A stretch of DNA of 64,000 nucleotides from Octopus vulgaris (GCA_951406725.2 OX597819.1:57040001-57104000); one strand, 5' to 3'; positions 14,110 through 29,458 are shown, counted from the stretch's first letter. Notes: generated by a model not told the origin, from the letters alone. Numbers and translations are program-made.

Positions 14110-14325
14110 TAGCGATCGTGTAGAATCCATATATCGTCGGATAAAATGTTTAGCGTCATTTCTTCGGTTTTTTATGTCCTGATTTTGAATACCATCGAAG
14201 TCATCTTCACCATTTTTTTCAATTCTGAGATCGATAAATTCAAAGTAACATTCAATCTTTGAGGTCGATGGAGTTGTCGAAACCCTTACCCACTAAATTG
14301 CTGGTAGTGTACCTAAATCATGAAC
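14110..14325 (+). mobile_element. Highly diverged Nin/Deu SINE
   Basis: Degenerate head, GATCGATAAATT core and GGTCGAT segment. Confidence 0.5.
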
Positions 14326-14329
14326 GATA

Positions 14330-14739
14330 GGCATAGAAGTGGTAAATAACTTGCTTACGAACCACATGGTTCCGGATTCAGTCCCACTGCATGGCATCTT
14401 GGGCAAGTGTCTTCTACTATAGCCTCGGGTTGACCAGAGCCTTGTGAGTGGACTTGGTAGACGGAAACTGAAAGAAGCCCGTCGTATGTATATATATATA
14501 TTTATGTATCTGTGTGTATATGTTTGTGTGTCTGTGTTTGTCCCCCCCCCAACATCGCTTCACAACCGATGCTGGTGTGTGTATGTTCCTGTAACTTAGC
14601 GGTTCGGCAAAAGAAACCCTATAGAATAAGTACTAGACTTACAAAGAATAAGTTGTGGGGGCGATTTACTCGACTAAAGACGGTGCTCCAGCATGGCCAC
14701 AATCAAATGACTTAAACATGTAAAAGAGTAAAAGAGTAA
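14330..14739 (+). mobile_element. CORE-type tRNA SINE
   Basis: Near-complete copy ending GTAAAAGAGTAAAAGAG. Confidence 0.85.
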
Positions 14740-14908
14740 TATATTCAAAATATAATATCTAAATATCCTCAACAATTTATTCGCACACTAGGAACCATTG
14801 TAGAATACATACGTAATATAAACGAAAACTCATATACTTTGGTCCCATCTTCTTATAAATATCCAGCACATGCAGCAGAGAGATCCAGATATTAAGGAAG
14901 TATGTTTG

Positions 14909-14940
<32 letters not shown>

Positions 14941-14947
14941 AAGATAT

Positions 14948-15165
14948 ACTCTTTTACTTTGTTACTCTTTAACTTGTTTCAGTCATTTGACTGTGGCCAT
15001 GCTGGAGCACCGCCTTTAGTTGAGCACATCAACCCCAGGACTTATTCTTTGTAAGCCTAGTACTTATTCTATCGGGCTCTTTTGCCGAACCGCTAAGTTA
15101 CGGGGACGTAAACCCACCAGCATCGGTTGCCAAGCGATGTTGAGGTGACAAACACAGTCACACTA
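14948..15165 (-). mobile_element. CORE-type SINE, 3' half
   Basis: Reverse complement of about 14530-14739. Confidence 0.85.
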
Positions 15166-15229
15166 ACACACACACACACACACACACACATACACACACG
15201 CACACAGAGTATATATTCTATCACATCAA

Positions 15230-16330
15230 ACCAATAATGTCACCAATTTTGACAAAGCTATTTCCTTACTCTCAAATAACAAACTTCAGAGTTAGCAGCT
15301 ACCCTTACTAAATGCTTCAATTTCGACAACGATATATTCAGATCTTTATATAATATCCCACTCAGAAGAGAGAAACCTTTATGATCCCGCCAAATATTAC
15401 CCTATTATCCTCAAATTTATAATATCGAAAGTTCCATAGACTGCCATTAACATTAATAACTTTCATCACCTCGAAAGTTTCTCCTGCCTTAAAACAAATC
15501 TCACCATTTTGAAAGGCTGTCTTGACCGCATAATTATTTTCGATCGTGTTTGGCAGGAAGAAAAAAAGCCTGCCAAACACCTCGTCTATGAGACCCCTCT
15601 CTTCTCTTGGATCTGTAAACTTCCGGAACTCAGCGTCTTCCACAGAAATGTAAGATAGTATACGTGAGATCGTTTCCCATTGCACGGAGAAATATCTTGA
15701 CATCTTTCCCTGTGGTCATTCTTATCGTGCATCCTTCAATAATAAAGTAGCATACTCATTAAAGATATAGAAACTATTTTATGTAGAACATTTGAGGTCA
15801 GCACAAATCCTCTGGGCCAACATCATTCAAGATTTGCACGAGTGAATGCATATCCTTGTTAGAGACAAAACTGCATCACACAAACTAATCTTCCTGTTCA
15901 GATTCAGAAAACAGTTCGGTCGCTAACAAATATAAATTTCTTTAAAAGTTTATATAAAACTCACAATTTATATGCGATACAGATTCGACTATACACGCAG
16001 GCATCTTATGCGCTATATCCAAACAATGTTGCCTGGAAGAAATCATTCTCAAACCTATACCAACTTTCATCCCAGAGATGTGCTCTTTTACCTTTTTGCC
16101 ATTTCTCGATTTATTACAGCGGCTACTGTTTCTTAGAGTTGTCTTGTTGGTCTTCTGTAACTCCTCTTAAGCCCAGGGACTCTTTCCTTAGCCTATATTG
16201 TTTCCACCTATCTCAGAACCTTTACTGATCATTGTTTTATTTTCCGAAAATGAAGGACGTAGTGACTTTTCGCATCAGAACGTCAGCTATTTGAAATTGT
16301 CCCTCAGGAGAGGTCGAAACGCATTTGTTC
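15230..16330 (+). mobile_element. Possible very decayed Penelope-like element
   Basis: FPCGHS motif resembling the Cys linker before GIY-YIG, and a GTCGAAACGC hammerhead-like remnant near 16315; weak. Confidence 0.25.
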
Positions 16331-18392
16331 CAGAGGAACAGTAACTGCATTACTGTTTCATTTGTATATCAGCTGTGTAGAAATAATCACTCATTGTAAT
16401 ACCTAGAAAACATGAAAACATTAAAAACACGTATCATTCAGTTTCATTGGTCGTATGAAAACGTAAAGACTATAGACTTATCAACTTCTCTGTAACCAAA
16501 TACCCAAATTAATTCAATAAATATACGCATGGCATATGCTACATATGCAGTTCGCAACATACGTATTATTTATAATATTTGTTAAGAAACTAAACGCTCA
16601 TAAATGTATTTTATTTACATTTCGTTAATAAAAAGCACAGCTGTTTCCATACATAATTGTATGCATTGTATTTATTACTACAGAAATATAACAAAAGTAA
16701 TTTTCTTCATCTCGCACACGAAATGTGTTTTTAATGTTTCCATGTTTTCTAGATATTACAATGAGTTATTATTTCTACATAGCTGATATGCAAGTGAAAC
16801 AAGTGAAAGTAATTATTTCGCAATCATTAATTATACAACCTTCTTGTTTTTCCTTTAATAATAGTATTCTATTTACTAATAGAATTCTCGTATCACTGGA
16901 AACAAACTGATACGATTCGTTCATACAAAATTTCTGACAATAATAGTTATCATCCTCGCTTAGTTTTTCATTTAATTGTAGTTGGGTCATTTTGGTGTAA
17001 ATATAGAAACCTTTCTCTTGCTTTTTGTTTTGTTTTTCATCAGTGAACAGAAATTAGAAACTATATTACGTTAGCAGGCGTTTGCCTAACAAGTAGGGCT
17101 TCATTTATTTCGACGATCTACTAAAAATAACCGCCAAAGTTCTTTCAAATTACATTCTACAATCTTGAAAATGGAAAGTCACATTGTGTGAGGCACACGC
17201 ATATATAGACTTAATATGATGGGATGGTGTTGTCTGGAATGCCTTTGATCAAAACTATCTCAGTCATGGAGGCTAAAGGTTAACTAGTAAACCACATATC
17301 ATTTCTTAGATATCTTGAAAGGACTTTATTCATTTGCATTGTTTTGAACTAAATTATTAGTATTATCAGTGCTAATATGCTTCCTCCAATCAGTAATTGT
17401 TTTGAGATTGTCACATGAAGAACCAACCGTATCAATATCTTAAGTTTTATTCGTAAACAATTATTTTTACAGCACGAGTTTCAAACAAATTAGGAACATC
17501 TTAAAATGATATACGTTTTACAGAATAGTATTCTTATCTGAAAAAACTGGAGTGGATTTCGGCTTCTGTTAGAGGAGTATGTATGAGATACAATGGTATT
17601 GTTGGATCACCTAACTGTTAGAATTTTATTATTTCGCTTCGGATGTTTATCTTAGATATTTATTTAAAAGTAGACAAGACTCAAAGCAAACCACTAGCTT
17701 TAATATATTTGTGTCTACCATTTTATTAAGTATTCCATCATGAACAACATTTCGGTTGCGTATAAAATAGAGGATACTGGTAAAACTTCTTCCAACTTCT
17801 GTTTTTAAAACGCAATTACAACTTTGCACTCAGAGCTTTTCTCGAACTTCCAAATAAATACGGTTCTTCCGCTTTCTATCGACAACATAAACGTATCATT
17901 AAAGCAACTATTTTCTCCTGCCTTTATTACTAGCTACAATTTCTATTTTAAGAAGGAGAATGCGTCGAATACTATGTTTAAGAGTGTTTCATAACTTCAG
18001 TTAAAGTATAAGCAAACTGCACAATTGGGAAGTCATAAAACAGTGGATTATATTTTAGTGTGAGAAAGAAGACACAGCTTTCATTTCGGATATTTGTTCT
18101 TTAGCAGAGAGAAGTAGAGGAGCGATGGGAGAAACTGAATCGGGTTACAGATTTCATGCTAGCCAGTATTCATGGAAATTCATTCCACAAAATGCATTCT
18201 TCATTAAAAACTGGAAGCTTTCGCGTTGACATCTACAAGTTGTTCGCATTGTATTCCATCACACCCAGGCATACACACACACAAACGCGCGCGCACACAC
18301 ACAGACACACTCACACATATCACCTATAATATTCTATATAATTAAACGTGTATATGTATATATACGTGCATATCTATATGTATGTATAAGTA

Positions 18393-18429
<37 letters not shown>

Positions 18430-18526
18430 TGTGTATGTATGTATGTATAATGTATGTATGTATGTATGTATGTATGTATGTATGTATGTATGTATGTATG
18501 TATGTATGTATGTATGTATGTATGTA

Positions 18527-19045
18527 TAGGAGTGGATATAAGCAAAGAAACCAAAGCCTTCTGAGTGGACTTGGTAGACGGAAACTGAAAGAAACCTGTC
18601 GGATATATTTATATATATATCATCGTAATCACCGTGACCGACCAGACTATCATACGCTGTTACACATCGCTGGTCACAATGCGCTTCGCATCGTTTTAGC
18701 CCTCAAATGACGCCACCCCGCTGGCTAAGCGAGCAGGCCAACAGAAGAAACAGTGAGAGAAAACTGTGGCGAAAGACTACTGCAGGGATCACCCCCCCCC
18801 GCCGGAGCCCCGTGGAGCTTTAGGTGTTTTCGCTCAATAAACACTCACAATGTACATATATATATATGTATGTTTTTGTGTGTCTGTGTTTGTCCCACAC
18901 CATAGCAAGACGACTGATGTTGTTGTGTGTAACTTAGTGTTTCGGCAAATGAGGCCGCTAGAATAAGTACTAAGCTTATAACGAATAAGTCGATTTGTTC
19001 GACTCCATCAAAGCCGCGGTCAAATGGCTGGAACAATAAAAGAGT
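18527..19045 (+). mobile_element. Deleted CORE-type SINE interrupted by a second repeat
   Basis: GGTAGACGGAAACTGAAAG at about 18572 and the 3' half at 18860-19045. Confidence 0.7.
18620..18850 (-). mobile_element. Third SINE-like family, 5'-truncated, nested in the CORE-SINE microsatellite
   Basis: GC-rich 230-bp block splitting the host SINE; minus strand reads GTGTTTATTGAGCGAAAACACCTAAAGCTCC and ends in a GATG-type tail. Confidence 0.5.
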
Positions 19046-19749
19046 ATATATACACACACACGCAGATACACACATACACACACATAGACACGCACATATA
19101 TCTATATACATGTATATAAGTCTGTATCGAACGAAGTTGTTCTTTCTAGGGATATATTATTCAAGCGCACGGCAGTTTAGCACTATATCGATTAACGATA
19201 CTGGAAAATTCTACATGTGTATATACGTTTATCGTAGGTTGTTCTTCAATATATAGTACCTTAAACTTCTGGAATTCCAGTTGTCGTTATAAAGATTTTC
19301 ATCGTTTTTGATAAACATGAAGGAGCTTAATAATACAAAGGAAACGGAGAATACATACACATAATAATCAATTCATTTATTATCATAGTCCAGTCGAATT
19401 AATGATTTCATTCATATTGCCCACGCTGCGTTTCGGTTGATTGCTCTTATCCCCATTTACACATTTGCATTATATATATAAATATATATGCAAACACCTG
19501 AAGTTCAATTTTAGATAATGTAAGAAAACGCATTAATTACAGGACGACCACTACGTTTCAAAAGGTAGTTTGTGTAATAATTTTATTTCAACTTGAACAA
19601 ATGAGAAGAATAGACCTCAAATATACTGCATAGAAAGTAAAAAGATATGGAGTAATTTCGAAAAAGATACATCAGCGGACACGTATATAGTTTGGTGACT
19701 ATATAAAACATTAGCTGCTGTTGAACTAAAGAGCATGCGCGTACACATT

Positions 19750-20130
19750 CATTAATAAATCGTTGGTAGATATGAGTATATAGATGACAGATGAAAGCAG
19801 GTGAAGTGGGCTCTGATTGAGAAGAGTTTGCAGGTGAAGAGGAAGTTAGACCTTGTTAACTCACTCAGGCGGAGCGTATAATTTAAAGGGTAAAATGCTT
19901 GTGACCTTGAGATACCCGCTGATGATACAGAAGAGCTTCTGACATTGTAATAGGTCCAGAAGAAGAGATTGCCGTAACTCTGAATATCTTCTTCAAGTTC
20001 TGTGTGAGGAAATAAAAAAACGTCAATATTTGTTTCACCTGACCGATTTGCCAACAGCTCTTCTCGTCGGTATTTGGTCTGGTATGCATTAAGACTACTT
20101 TGACGCTCGGAATGTTGTTCAAGTCCCGAT
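19750..20130 (-). pseudogene. RTE-like reverse transcriptase C-terminal remnant
   Basis: Degenerate sequence resembling RTE KTEVM...FxYLGS...LLYGCETW...FHxxCL spread across ORFs 19883..20122 and 19752..20054. Confidence 0.35.
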
Positions 20131-22121
20131 TTTACAATATTTTTTGTTACTGCAGACTACAATGTACTGTTATGATACCAAGAATATATATTTCACTGAA
20201 TTAAGTGATGCTCATATATTTTTGGAATCATCCTGATTCAGGTAAGACTTAGTATTTAAACCATTTTCCTTTCTTGATATGCCCGCAGTTGTAGCGAAAG
20301 AATTGGTAGAGCCGTGGTATGTAACGAACTGCTTTAGAGCCCTCGTATAAAAGTTTCCAGAGGAGAGAGAGAGAGAGAGAGAGAAAGAAAGAAAGAGAGA
20401 GAGACAGAGAGACAAAAAACAGAGGGAGTGGCACAGAGAGAGAAAGAGATAGTGAGGAGAGAGAAGGAGACAGGGTGTGAAAGAGTATAAGTGAGATATT
20501 AGGGATTTGGATGCTTCTACTTAACTGGGAAAGACGTGGGGGCAGGAATTGTTGAATAGGATGCTTCGCTTGTGATTGTAAGAGTTTCAATTCCTAGACC
20601 GAAAGATGCGTTGTATTCTTGTGGAAAACACTTGAATTCACGTGGCTCCAGTTCCCTAAACTGTCAAAAATGAATAACCCACCAACGTCAGAGAATCTGA
20701 GAAACCGGATTTATGAGCTTAAAGCTCAAAAAGGACATTTGGTTCTTTTATCACTTCCTCTTTTCTTCTTTTGACTTGATTTGTAGTTTATGATAGTTAA
20801 TTTTAGCCTCATCGTGATTTTGAGTTCAGAGAGCAAGGCGACAAGACTAATACTTTATGACTTTCTGTAAGACGCTCTAACATCTCTGCCAACAACTTTT
20901 CCGCCTTCATGATGCTTTGATTTCATGATATTTCTAACCAGCGCCATGACATTGGTTTCTGACCGTATGCTATATTTTAGCTGGTGATTATTATATCAAT
21001 TAAAATATACGATGGTAATGAAATTAAAATGAAGTGCAGTACTTAAAATAACAGTAAGTATCAAATGGGAATTATAGAGTGATCAAAGAATATTCAAATG
21101 AATAGTTAATTTTATTCAGTAAGTAAATTAAGTGAACTGTTTAGAATTGCCATTATTTAAAATTTAGTGTTTATATGAATTTACATGAGTTTCTGCTGAC
21201 TAGTAGTTAAGAATTTAATTATGAATCAAATGCATAAACTCATTATAATTTTATATTTTTTGAGTTGTGACTGTTGTCTTTGTTTGGATTTTAATAATAA
21301 TTTTTCATCAATGTTTACCTCACCTCGATACATCGATTAATTAGAGTGAACGTGCTTGTCACATTAAGTACGCTAGCACATAATTCATAATTTAGTCTCA
21401 ATTAATCTGATTCTGTGCCGCATACTAGTCATTGTGATGCATCGATGGTGTCACTAAGGTGAGCCGTTTGCATGGCATATTCCGGCATTCAGTTTTTCCC
21501 AGTTTGTTGGCAGCAATACCAAAAGGGAAAATGAATGCCAAAGTCTTAGCTTCCCATTAAATAGCTTCTCTGGTAATAAGACTAACACTTCATGCGCGGG
21601 TGCTTGCGTACCAGGTTAATATTATGAAGAACCTAGCACCGGTTTTCCTCACATCAAGAATAACATTATGAAGGCCTATAGTAATGGGAAAAGGTTTGAG
21701 AGTTAGATGTGTGCTGCGTGAGGCCAATGACTTGTGGTTGTTGTTGTATGTGAATGTCGTGAAAAAATAAATCCAGAAAGAAAATTTTGGAGTGTAATAC
21801 AATACAAAGTCTAATAAAGTGGGAAACGCAATTCAACGACTATTACAACCAATCTCGTCCGGAAATCAAACCTATCTACAGATTATTAAAAGTAAATTCG
21901 AGAGATACTAAGACTTGAGTAACCGGGTCTTATGTGAGCTTTCCTAATGTTTAGGCCATGCATAGACATTATGCAGTTGGATATTACCACCTTTATAATT
22001 GTTCTACATCGTTTGCAAGACTGAGATCCACTTGTGTGTGTACGACTGTCAGTATGTGCGTGTTTATGCCTGAGAGTTTGGGTGTATATGTTATGTATAA
22101 CTATGTGTGTATGTATGCATA

Positions 22122-23060
22122 CGAGGTCTGATCAATAAGTATCAGGACAGTTGCCATAGTGACGAAGCCAAAGTATACATAGTGAAGTTGCTTGGTGCAG
22201 ATTGATCTCAAAATCTTCTGTGCATGCGCACTAAGTTTTAACGTTCTAACTCACTTCCGCTGTTTACAGCAGTGCTTGGAAGGAAGGTGCATAGCATGTG
22301 ATCGTCGCATTGACCATGACAGAGGAAGTTATCATGGCGGTACCAGCTCAGAGGCCTACGCAAAGTTGCAGAAAGCGTATGGCGAGGTGTGTATTAACGC
22401 ACCCAAGTGTACGAGTGGTTCAGATGTTTCCACGATAGCTGACAAACGTTGATATTGAAGAACATTCTGGGAGACCCGCAATCAGCGGAACTGAGAAAAA
22501 CATCGTAGATGTGCATGCAGCTGTGTGGGGAAATCGTCGAATCACTATGTGTGGGATATCAGAGGATATGTAGATTAGTTACGATTCAGTTCAGTCCATT
22601 ACCACTGAGGATTTGGTGATGAGACGCGTGTCTTCCCCGTTTGTGCCAAAACGGCTGTCAACTCACCAGAAGGACTCTCGGGTTGCAGTTGCACAAGATC
22701 TCCTTGATTGTGTCAAGAAGGATAAAAACTTTTTGAAAACTTTGCACAGGCCTCTGAGCAGGTATCACCAAACTTTTGACAAAATTTCCTGCAGATTCTC
22801 AGCTCAACTTGCTCTGTCATGTTCAATGTGACTATTACACACTACACACTTTTCTTCACACACTACACACTTTTCTACACACTACACACTTTTCTTCCAA
22901 GCTCTGCTGTAAAATTTGGAAGTGAGCTAGATTGTTCAAACATAGTGCGAATTTCACAGCAGGGTACAAGTTCAATAATCTGTGCCATGCAGCTTTACTC
23001 TGTGTGATTTAGCTTCGTTACTATAGCAACAGTCCTGATACTAAATGATAAGATCACCTA
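22122..23060 (+). mobile_element. Mariner-family transposon, internally deleted
   Basis: TA then a TIR containing AGTATCAGGACAGTTGCCATAGTGACGAAGC, mirrored at about 23008-23042; transposase pieces LQKAYGE, HSGRP and RRVSSPFVPKRLS (WVPxxL motif). Confidence 0.85.
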
Positions 23061-23135
<75 letters not shown>

Positions 23136-23195
23136 TTATAGATACATAAATATATACATATATATACATATACATACATACACACACACACACAT

Positions 23196-23227
<32 letters not shown>

Positions 23228-23983
23228 GTAAATATATGTAAATATTGTGTGCATGTACACACACACATATACGTATTTCAGAAACAGCTGTAAGTCATAG
23301 ATGCACTAAAAGCCATTATTAACGTCTTTGGTTGTGTATGTTATACATATATATATATATATAATTATATATATATATATGCATGTATGTATATATGTAT
23401 GTATGTATTCTTGAGCATTCTCCATTTCAGTATTCATATAACATAAAATTTGGACATTGTGCATGGAAAAAAATCGAACTTCTTTATAACGCTATTAAGT
23501 ACAAATGAATCTCCGTGGTCAATTTGTTAAATATTCTCAACTTAGAAATAAAGCAAATTGTTTCTCAACGGGTGTCAACTTTTCAGCAACTGATAAATGG
23601 CTGCATTTAATTAAATCTAGTCTCTCATACATTTAGAACAGAAAAAAGCAATTTAGAATATGTGACAAATTTACAACGCTGTCGCTGGTCTATGTGATGA
23701 CTTATGTATGTACCTAAGTAATTATTCATGTATGTGTGTAAGCAGGCATGTATATATGCAAACAGATATGTATGTGTAAATGTGTGTATGTATCTATCTG
23801 TCTGTTTACCTATCTATAGCATTCCCATTATCTATATATCTTCATCGTTCTTATACTATCAATCTAAAAAATATAAGTTGGGGAATCTTTCTGGGACATG
23901 CTGTATACGTGTGTGTGTGTATCTGTCTGTCTGTGTACACAAATAATATGCACATATAAACGTGTGTGTATACATATATATAA

Positions 23984-24048
<65 letters not shown>

Positions 24049-24113
24049 CAATTTTATGCGCATATTATTCGTATACTCACTCAGACAGACAGACAGACAC
24101 GCACATATTTATA

Positions 24114-25361
24114 CAGGGTGTCCCAGAAAGATTCACCAATTGATATTTTTTAATTATTCAAAGTAAACTTCAGGTAGGATAATGAAATTTGGCACAGACA
24201 TTCTAATGCAAATTTTCAATTCATAGTAGTAATTACATTTCAAAATGATTACAGCCTGCAAACGAGTGGCCACTGAGTTGCGTGAGCACCGTACCACCTC
24301 TTCATCCAATTCGACCCATGAAGAAAGAAAGGCTTTCTTCAGATCTGACACATTTGAATAGAAGTGAGCAGAAACATTACACTCTAAGATGGGCCAGGTA
24401 GAAAAGTTCATGAAATTGAAGTTTGAACTTGAGGGAGGCCATAACGTCTTGTCCACAAAACCGCTGAAGTACTCCTTGCATCACCTCTGCGTCAAATTTG
24501 ACCTGTGAATCTGAGCCCCTTTTTGAGTGAAGATGTAATGGTCACCAATGGTTTCTGTGACCCAGGCTCATCCAAAATTTCCACATCAACTTCACTGGTG
24601 ATCTTGACGAAAGCGTCGAAGACGATCAAGGTGGACTTGGGCCCCTTCATATGCAACTCCGCCCAACACCATGATTGAAGCTGACTTCAGACGGTGTCCA
24701 ATGACTCCCACTACCTTCAGACAAGTTTCCCGCATTACGTGCATAAAACCTATCATTCTGTCTGTTGGTAACTGCCTCCACAGTGAAGATCTTCTCGTCA
24801 GACAAGATCAAAACTTTGTTAGCGACGCGCTTCATTTCAGCTAGCATGGTTTTACCGCTATCGAGCCGTTTCTTCTTGAAAGCTATTGAAATTAATTGCC
24901 GAGTGTGTTTCTTGTGTGCAGTTAGCTTTAAATCCTCTTTAAAATCGAAATAGCAAGAACTTTTGCTTTCCTCCTTGCACTCTTGCACTCGCTTCTTCAC
25001 AGCGTCAAAAGTTTGTTTGTTACGAATTGATCGTTTCTTGCCAGGAATTCGCTTGTAAGAGGTAATAGCGGATTCCATATATATGTCGTTTCCAGGTACT
25101 GAACACTGATTTACGGCACACATTCAACTGTGTGTTTTTTTATGGTCTTGTTGCTCACTCCAGCTTTTTCTAAGTGATTACCTGGTCACGTTCTGCTTTC
25201 AAAACCATGTTTGTTTACAAATCTGTTATAGACGAACGAAACAACATACACAGGAACGAAAGACATATCCGAATCTTTACGAAAGATGTAGATAATATTA
25301 CCTGAACGGATATCCTTCAGGGAGACTTTTAAAGATGGCTAAATCTATCTGGGACTCTCTG
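24114..25361 (-). mobile_element. Tc1/mariner superfamily, maT (DD37D)-like element with pseudogenised transposase
   Basis: TIRs CAGGGTGTCCCAGAAAGATT / AATCTATCTGGGACTCTCTG; SDEKIFTVEAVTNRQNDR and WPPSSSNFNFMNFSTW (cf. WPPSSPDLNPMDF). Confidence 0.85.
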
Positions 25362-25896
25362 TGTATCGATTTATAGATAAGTAGATATGTGTATGTATAT
25401 ATGAGAGAAACAAACAGAGGGGATAGTGACAAGATATGCCTCAACTATTATCAAATTCAACACTGCTCACTTAAATTTTTTATTTCCCAACTACTTACCC
25501 AAGTCATGTTTTCATAATGATATTTCGTACAAAGATCATACAACTAAAATACAATGCTCCTAAACATAACCCAATAATATACATCGCAATATGTTTTATG
25601 AAGTACTTATTTTCGAAAAATCTGATAAACCACGTCAAACTTATTTACAATATATTATTTTCACGTAACTGAAGCGCTGCACCCAGTATATTCCACAATA
25701 TAACTTACAGAATCCAGAATTTCACCAAGGCTACATTCATATTTTCATATTTCTCTCTAATCTAAATTTCTTTTTCCTTCTGTCCATCTGCATATAATCT
25801 ATATTTTCTAAGACTTTCTTCAATAAACTGTAAACATTTGGATTGTTTTCATTCCAGGCTGGTTATATTTTTTTTACGTTATTATTATTTTTTTAA

Positions 25897-26310
25897 GGCG
25901 GCGAGCTGGCAGAAACGTTAGCACGCCGGGTGAAATGCTTAGCGGTATTTCGTCTGCGTTACGTTGTGAGTTCAAATTCCGCCGATGTCGACTTTGCCTT
26001 TCATCCTTTCGGGGTCGATAAATTAAGTACCAGTTGCGCATTGGGGTCGATGTAATCGACTTAATACCTATGTCTGTCCTTGTTTGTCCCCTCTGTGTTT
26101 AGCCCCTTGTAGGTAATAAAGAAATAGGTATTTCGTCTGCGTTACGTTGTGAGTTCAAATTCCGCCGAGGTCGACTTTGCGTTTCATCCTTTCGGGGTCG
26201 ATAAACTAAGTACCAGTTACGCACTGGGGTCGATGTAATCGACTTAATACCTATGTCTGTCCTTGTTTGTCCCCTCTGTGTTTAGCCCCTTGTGGGTAAT
26301 AAAGAAATAG
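25897..26310 (+). mobile_element. Nin/Deu SINE with tandemly duplicated 3' body
   Basis: Young-looking copy; segment GGTATTTCGTCTGCG...AATAAAGAAATAG repeated; ATTATTATTT on both flanks is a possible TSD. Confidence 0.9.
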
Positions 26311-26915
26311 CCATTATTATTTTCTTGTCTAGCTACCGTGGGAAGAACTATATTTATACTTGTACATCTTCATTCTCATATATGGTTACACACGTACCTA
26401 CATTCCTCCATAGACATGTATAAAACCCTTTTCAGCAATAATAATGATTTGGCGGCATTGCCATTCAGATTTATTCATATTGTTAGCAGCTAATTTTAAA
26501 AAGAATATATGCATACAAATATAGTAACATTGAATATTCTATTAGCGTAACTAATTCGATAAAACTTTTAAATTGACTTTAAGACTTAGCTTATTTCATT
26601 AACTTACTTCATAAATGCCGATATTATTGACTGATTAACATTATAATTAACTCAGCATATAACCGATCCGTTCATACTAGCTAATTAGCACAATGTTGCT
26701 CAGCGGACAGACACATATGTCATTACTTTAATAACTGATACAGCAGTTAGTTTAGTAACTGCAGTTAGAGCTGTACTTGATGGAATACGCACGGGATGGG
26801 GGAGGGTGTAGAAGTTCCTATTACTCGAACCAGTCGGTCGTTGACGGAGATTTCACTATTGCTGGAATGCCGACTGATTATGAAACTGGCGCTTTACATT
26901 CAATATTACTTATAT

Positions 26916-27567
<652 letters not shown>

Positions 27568-27744
27568 ACATGTTTTTGTCATCCTCTCTCTGTTTACTTC
27601 CTCTTATTCCTTTCTGTTGAAGGGTCTAGGATCAAGCCTTAAAGGCTTTTTTTATTTCCCTTAGCGTGAGACCAATATACTTACTTGTTTTTCACCTGTC
27701 TCCGCCTTTTCTTTTTCTATCAATTTCAAATATGTATGTATATA

Positions 27745-28123
27745 GGCGCAGGAGTGGCTGTGTGGTAGGTAGCTTGCTAACCAACCACATGATTCCGGGT
27801 TCGGTCCCACTACGTGACATCTTGGGCAAGTGTCTTCTGCTATAGCCCCGGGCCGACCAATGCTTTGTGAGTGGATTTGGTAGACGGAAACTGAAAGAGC
27901 ATGTCGTATATATGTATATATGTGTGTGTATGTGTGATTGTCCCCCTAGCATTGCTTGACAATGTGTTTATGTCCCTGTCACCTAGTGGTTCGGCAAAAC
28001 AGACCGATAGAAAAAGTACTGGGCTTACAAAGAATAAGTCCCGGGGTCGATTTGCTCGACTAAAGGCGGTGCTCCAGCATGGCCGCAGTGAAATGACTGA
28101 AACAAGTAAAAGAGTAAAAGAGT
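27745..28123 (+). mobile_element. CORE-type tRNA SINE, full length
   Basis: From GGCGCAGGAGTGGCTGTGTGG to GTAAAAGAGTAAAAGAG. Confidence 0.9.
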
Positions 28124-28127
28124 ATAT

Positions 28128-28196
<69 letters not shown>

Positions 28197-28686
28197 ATAT
28201 GAAAAAATATAAATATGTGCATGTATACAAACGTATATGTACATACTTACATCTATACATACATACACACACACTCACACACACACACATACACACATAT
28301 ATATATATACATATATGCATATGTTGGCACAGGACGTCTTGAAACGTGTACAACAATAACATACGACGTACGAGTACATGGAGTATGAACTATTTTTTTC
28401 CAATGACGCAAATGGAAAACAAGGCAAACAACATAAAGAACGATCCTCCATCAGTTTTGGCTGTTTTTCTATTCTCGTATTTCGGGTATTTAACAACAAC
28501 ATACGCTTTCGATAAAACAGTTGCTCCCGCGAAGCAACTGAAATAAAATTTTGGGTTCTGCAGAGGGTCAAAATTGGTAACACAAACAGGACAGTGAAAA
28601 GAAACAGGAAGGGCCTCTAAGCCTGAACGAGGTTGTGGTTGTGGTGGTGAACGCGTAAATCAAGCTTGGACAGGAGACAGAAATAA

Positions 28687-28757
<71 letters not shown>

Positions 28758-28762
28758 CATAT

Positions 28763-28940
28763 ATATAATTTTAGGGAATATGATTCCAAACTTACAGGGA
28801 AAAATTCAATTTAGTAATACTAAATCAAATTTCCCAATATATATATATATATTATATGTATATAAATTAGGAAAGAATCACCATGTAGAAATTCAACAAT
28901 GATATAATTAAATCACACCATACTAATTAATAGTTACGAT
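28763..28940 (-). mobile_element. 3' end of a Penelope/retrozyme-related element, inverted relative to 31230-31378
   Basis: AGGGAATATGATTCCAAACTTACAGGGAAAAATT is the near reverse complement of AATTTTTTCCTGTAAGTTTGGATCCATACTCCCT at about 31333-31366. Confidence 0.6.
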
Positions 28941-29391
28941 ACATATCTACTTATTACTTTTATTATTGTTATTCTCTTGTGAATTAACGCATCACATATA
29001 ATATACATTGTGAAATAGTTTTGTAAGACAAAATCTTATCTAAAAGGTAGGAATTTCATTTGTTATGTAGTATTGCATTTAAGTAAATACTTTAAATATT
29101 AGTTGATACTATAAGTGAGTGTAATATTAAATCTCTATATAAATTAATTATATAGTAAGTGTAAGTTTAACTAATTTGTGTGTGTATATTTGAACCGTTT
29201 TCTATTTTTAATTCTTGTAGTCATAGTTTGTAGTAATATTATGTATATAAGTTAGCATGAAGTTTTTTAATATATATTACTTAATTAGAATAAGATTTAA
29301 ATTAGATGTTTATTAAATACATAAATAATATTTTAATGTATATAGATTAAATTATAGCATTTCAGCTTCACTTAATGTGCATTATGTATTT

Positions 29392-29458
<67 letters not shown>

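Noticed and set aside
15362-15703. 113-aa minus ORF as a host exon
   Set aside because: No recognisable domain; more likely antisense to a decayed retroelement
25897-25985. tRNA gene
   Set aside because: tRNA-like SINE head with A/B boxes but no full cloverleaf; continues into the SINE body
28440-28490. Minus-strand GAAA...CTGATGG suggesting a type II hammerhead
   Set aside because: Core mismatched, and stems I and III cannot be drawn convincingly
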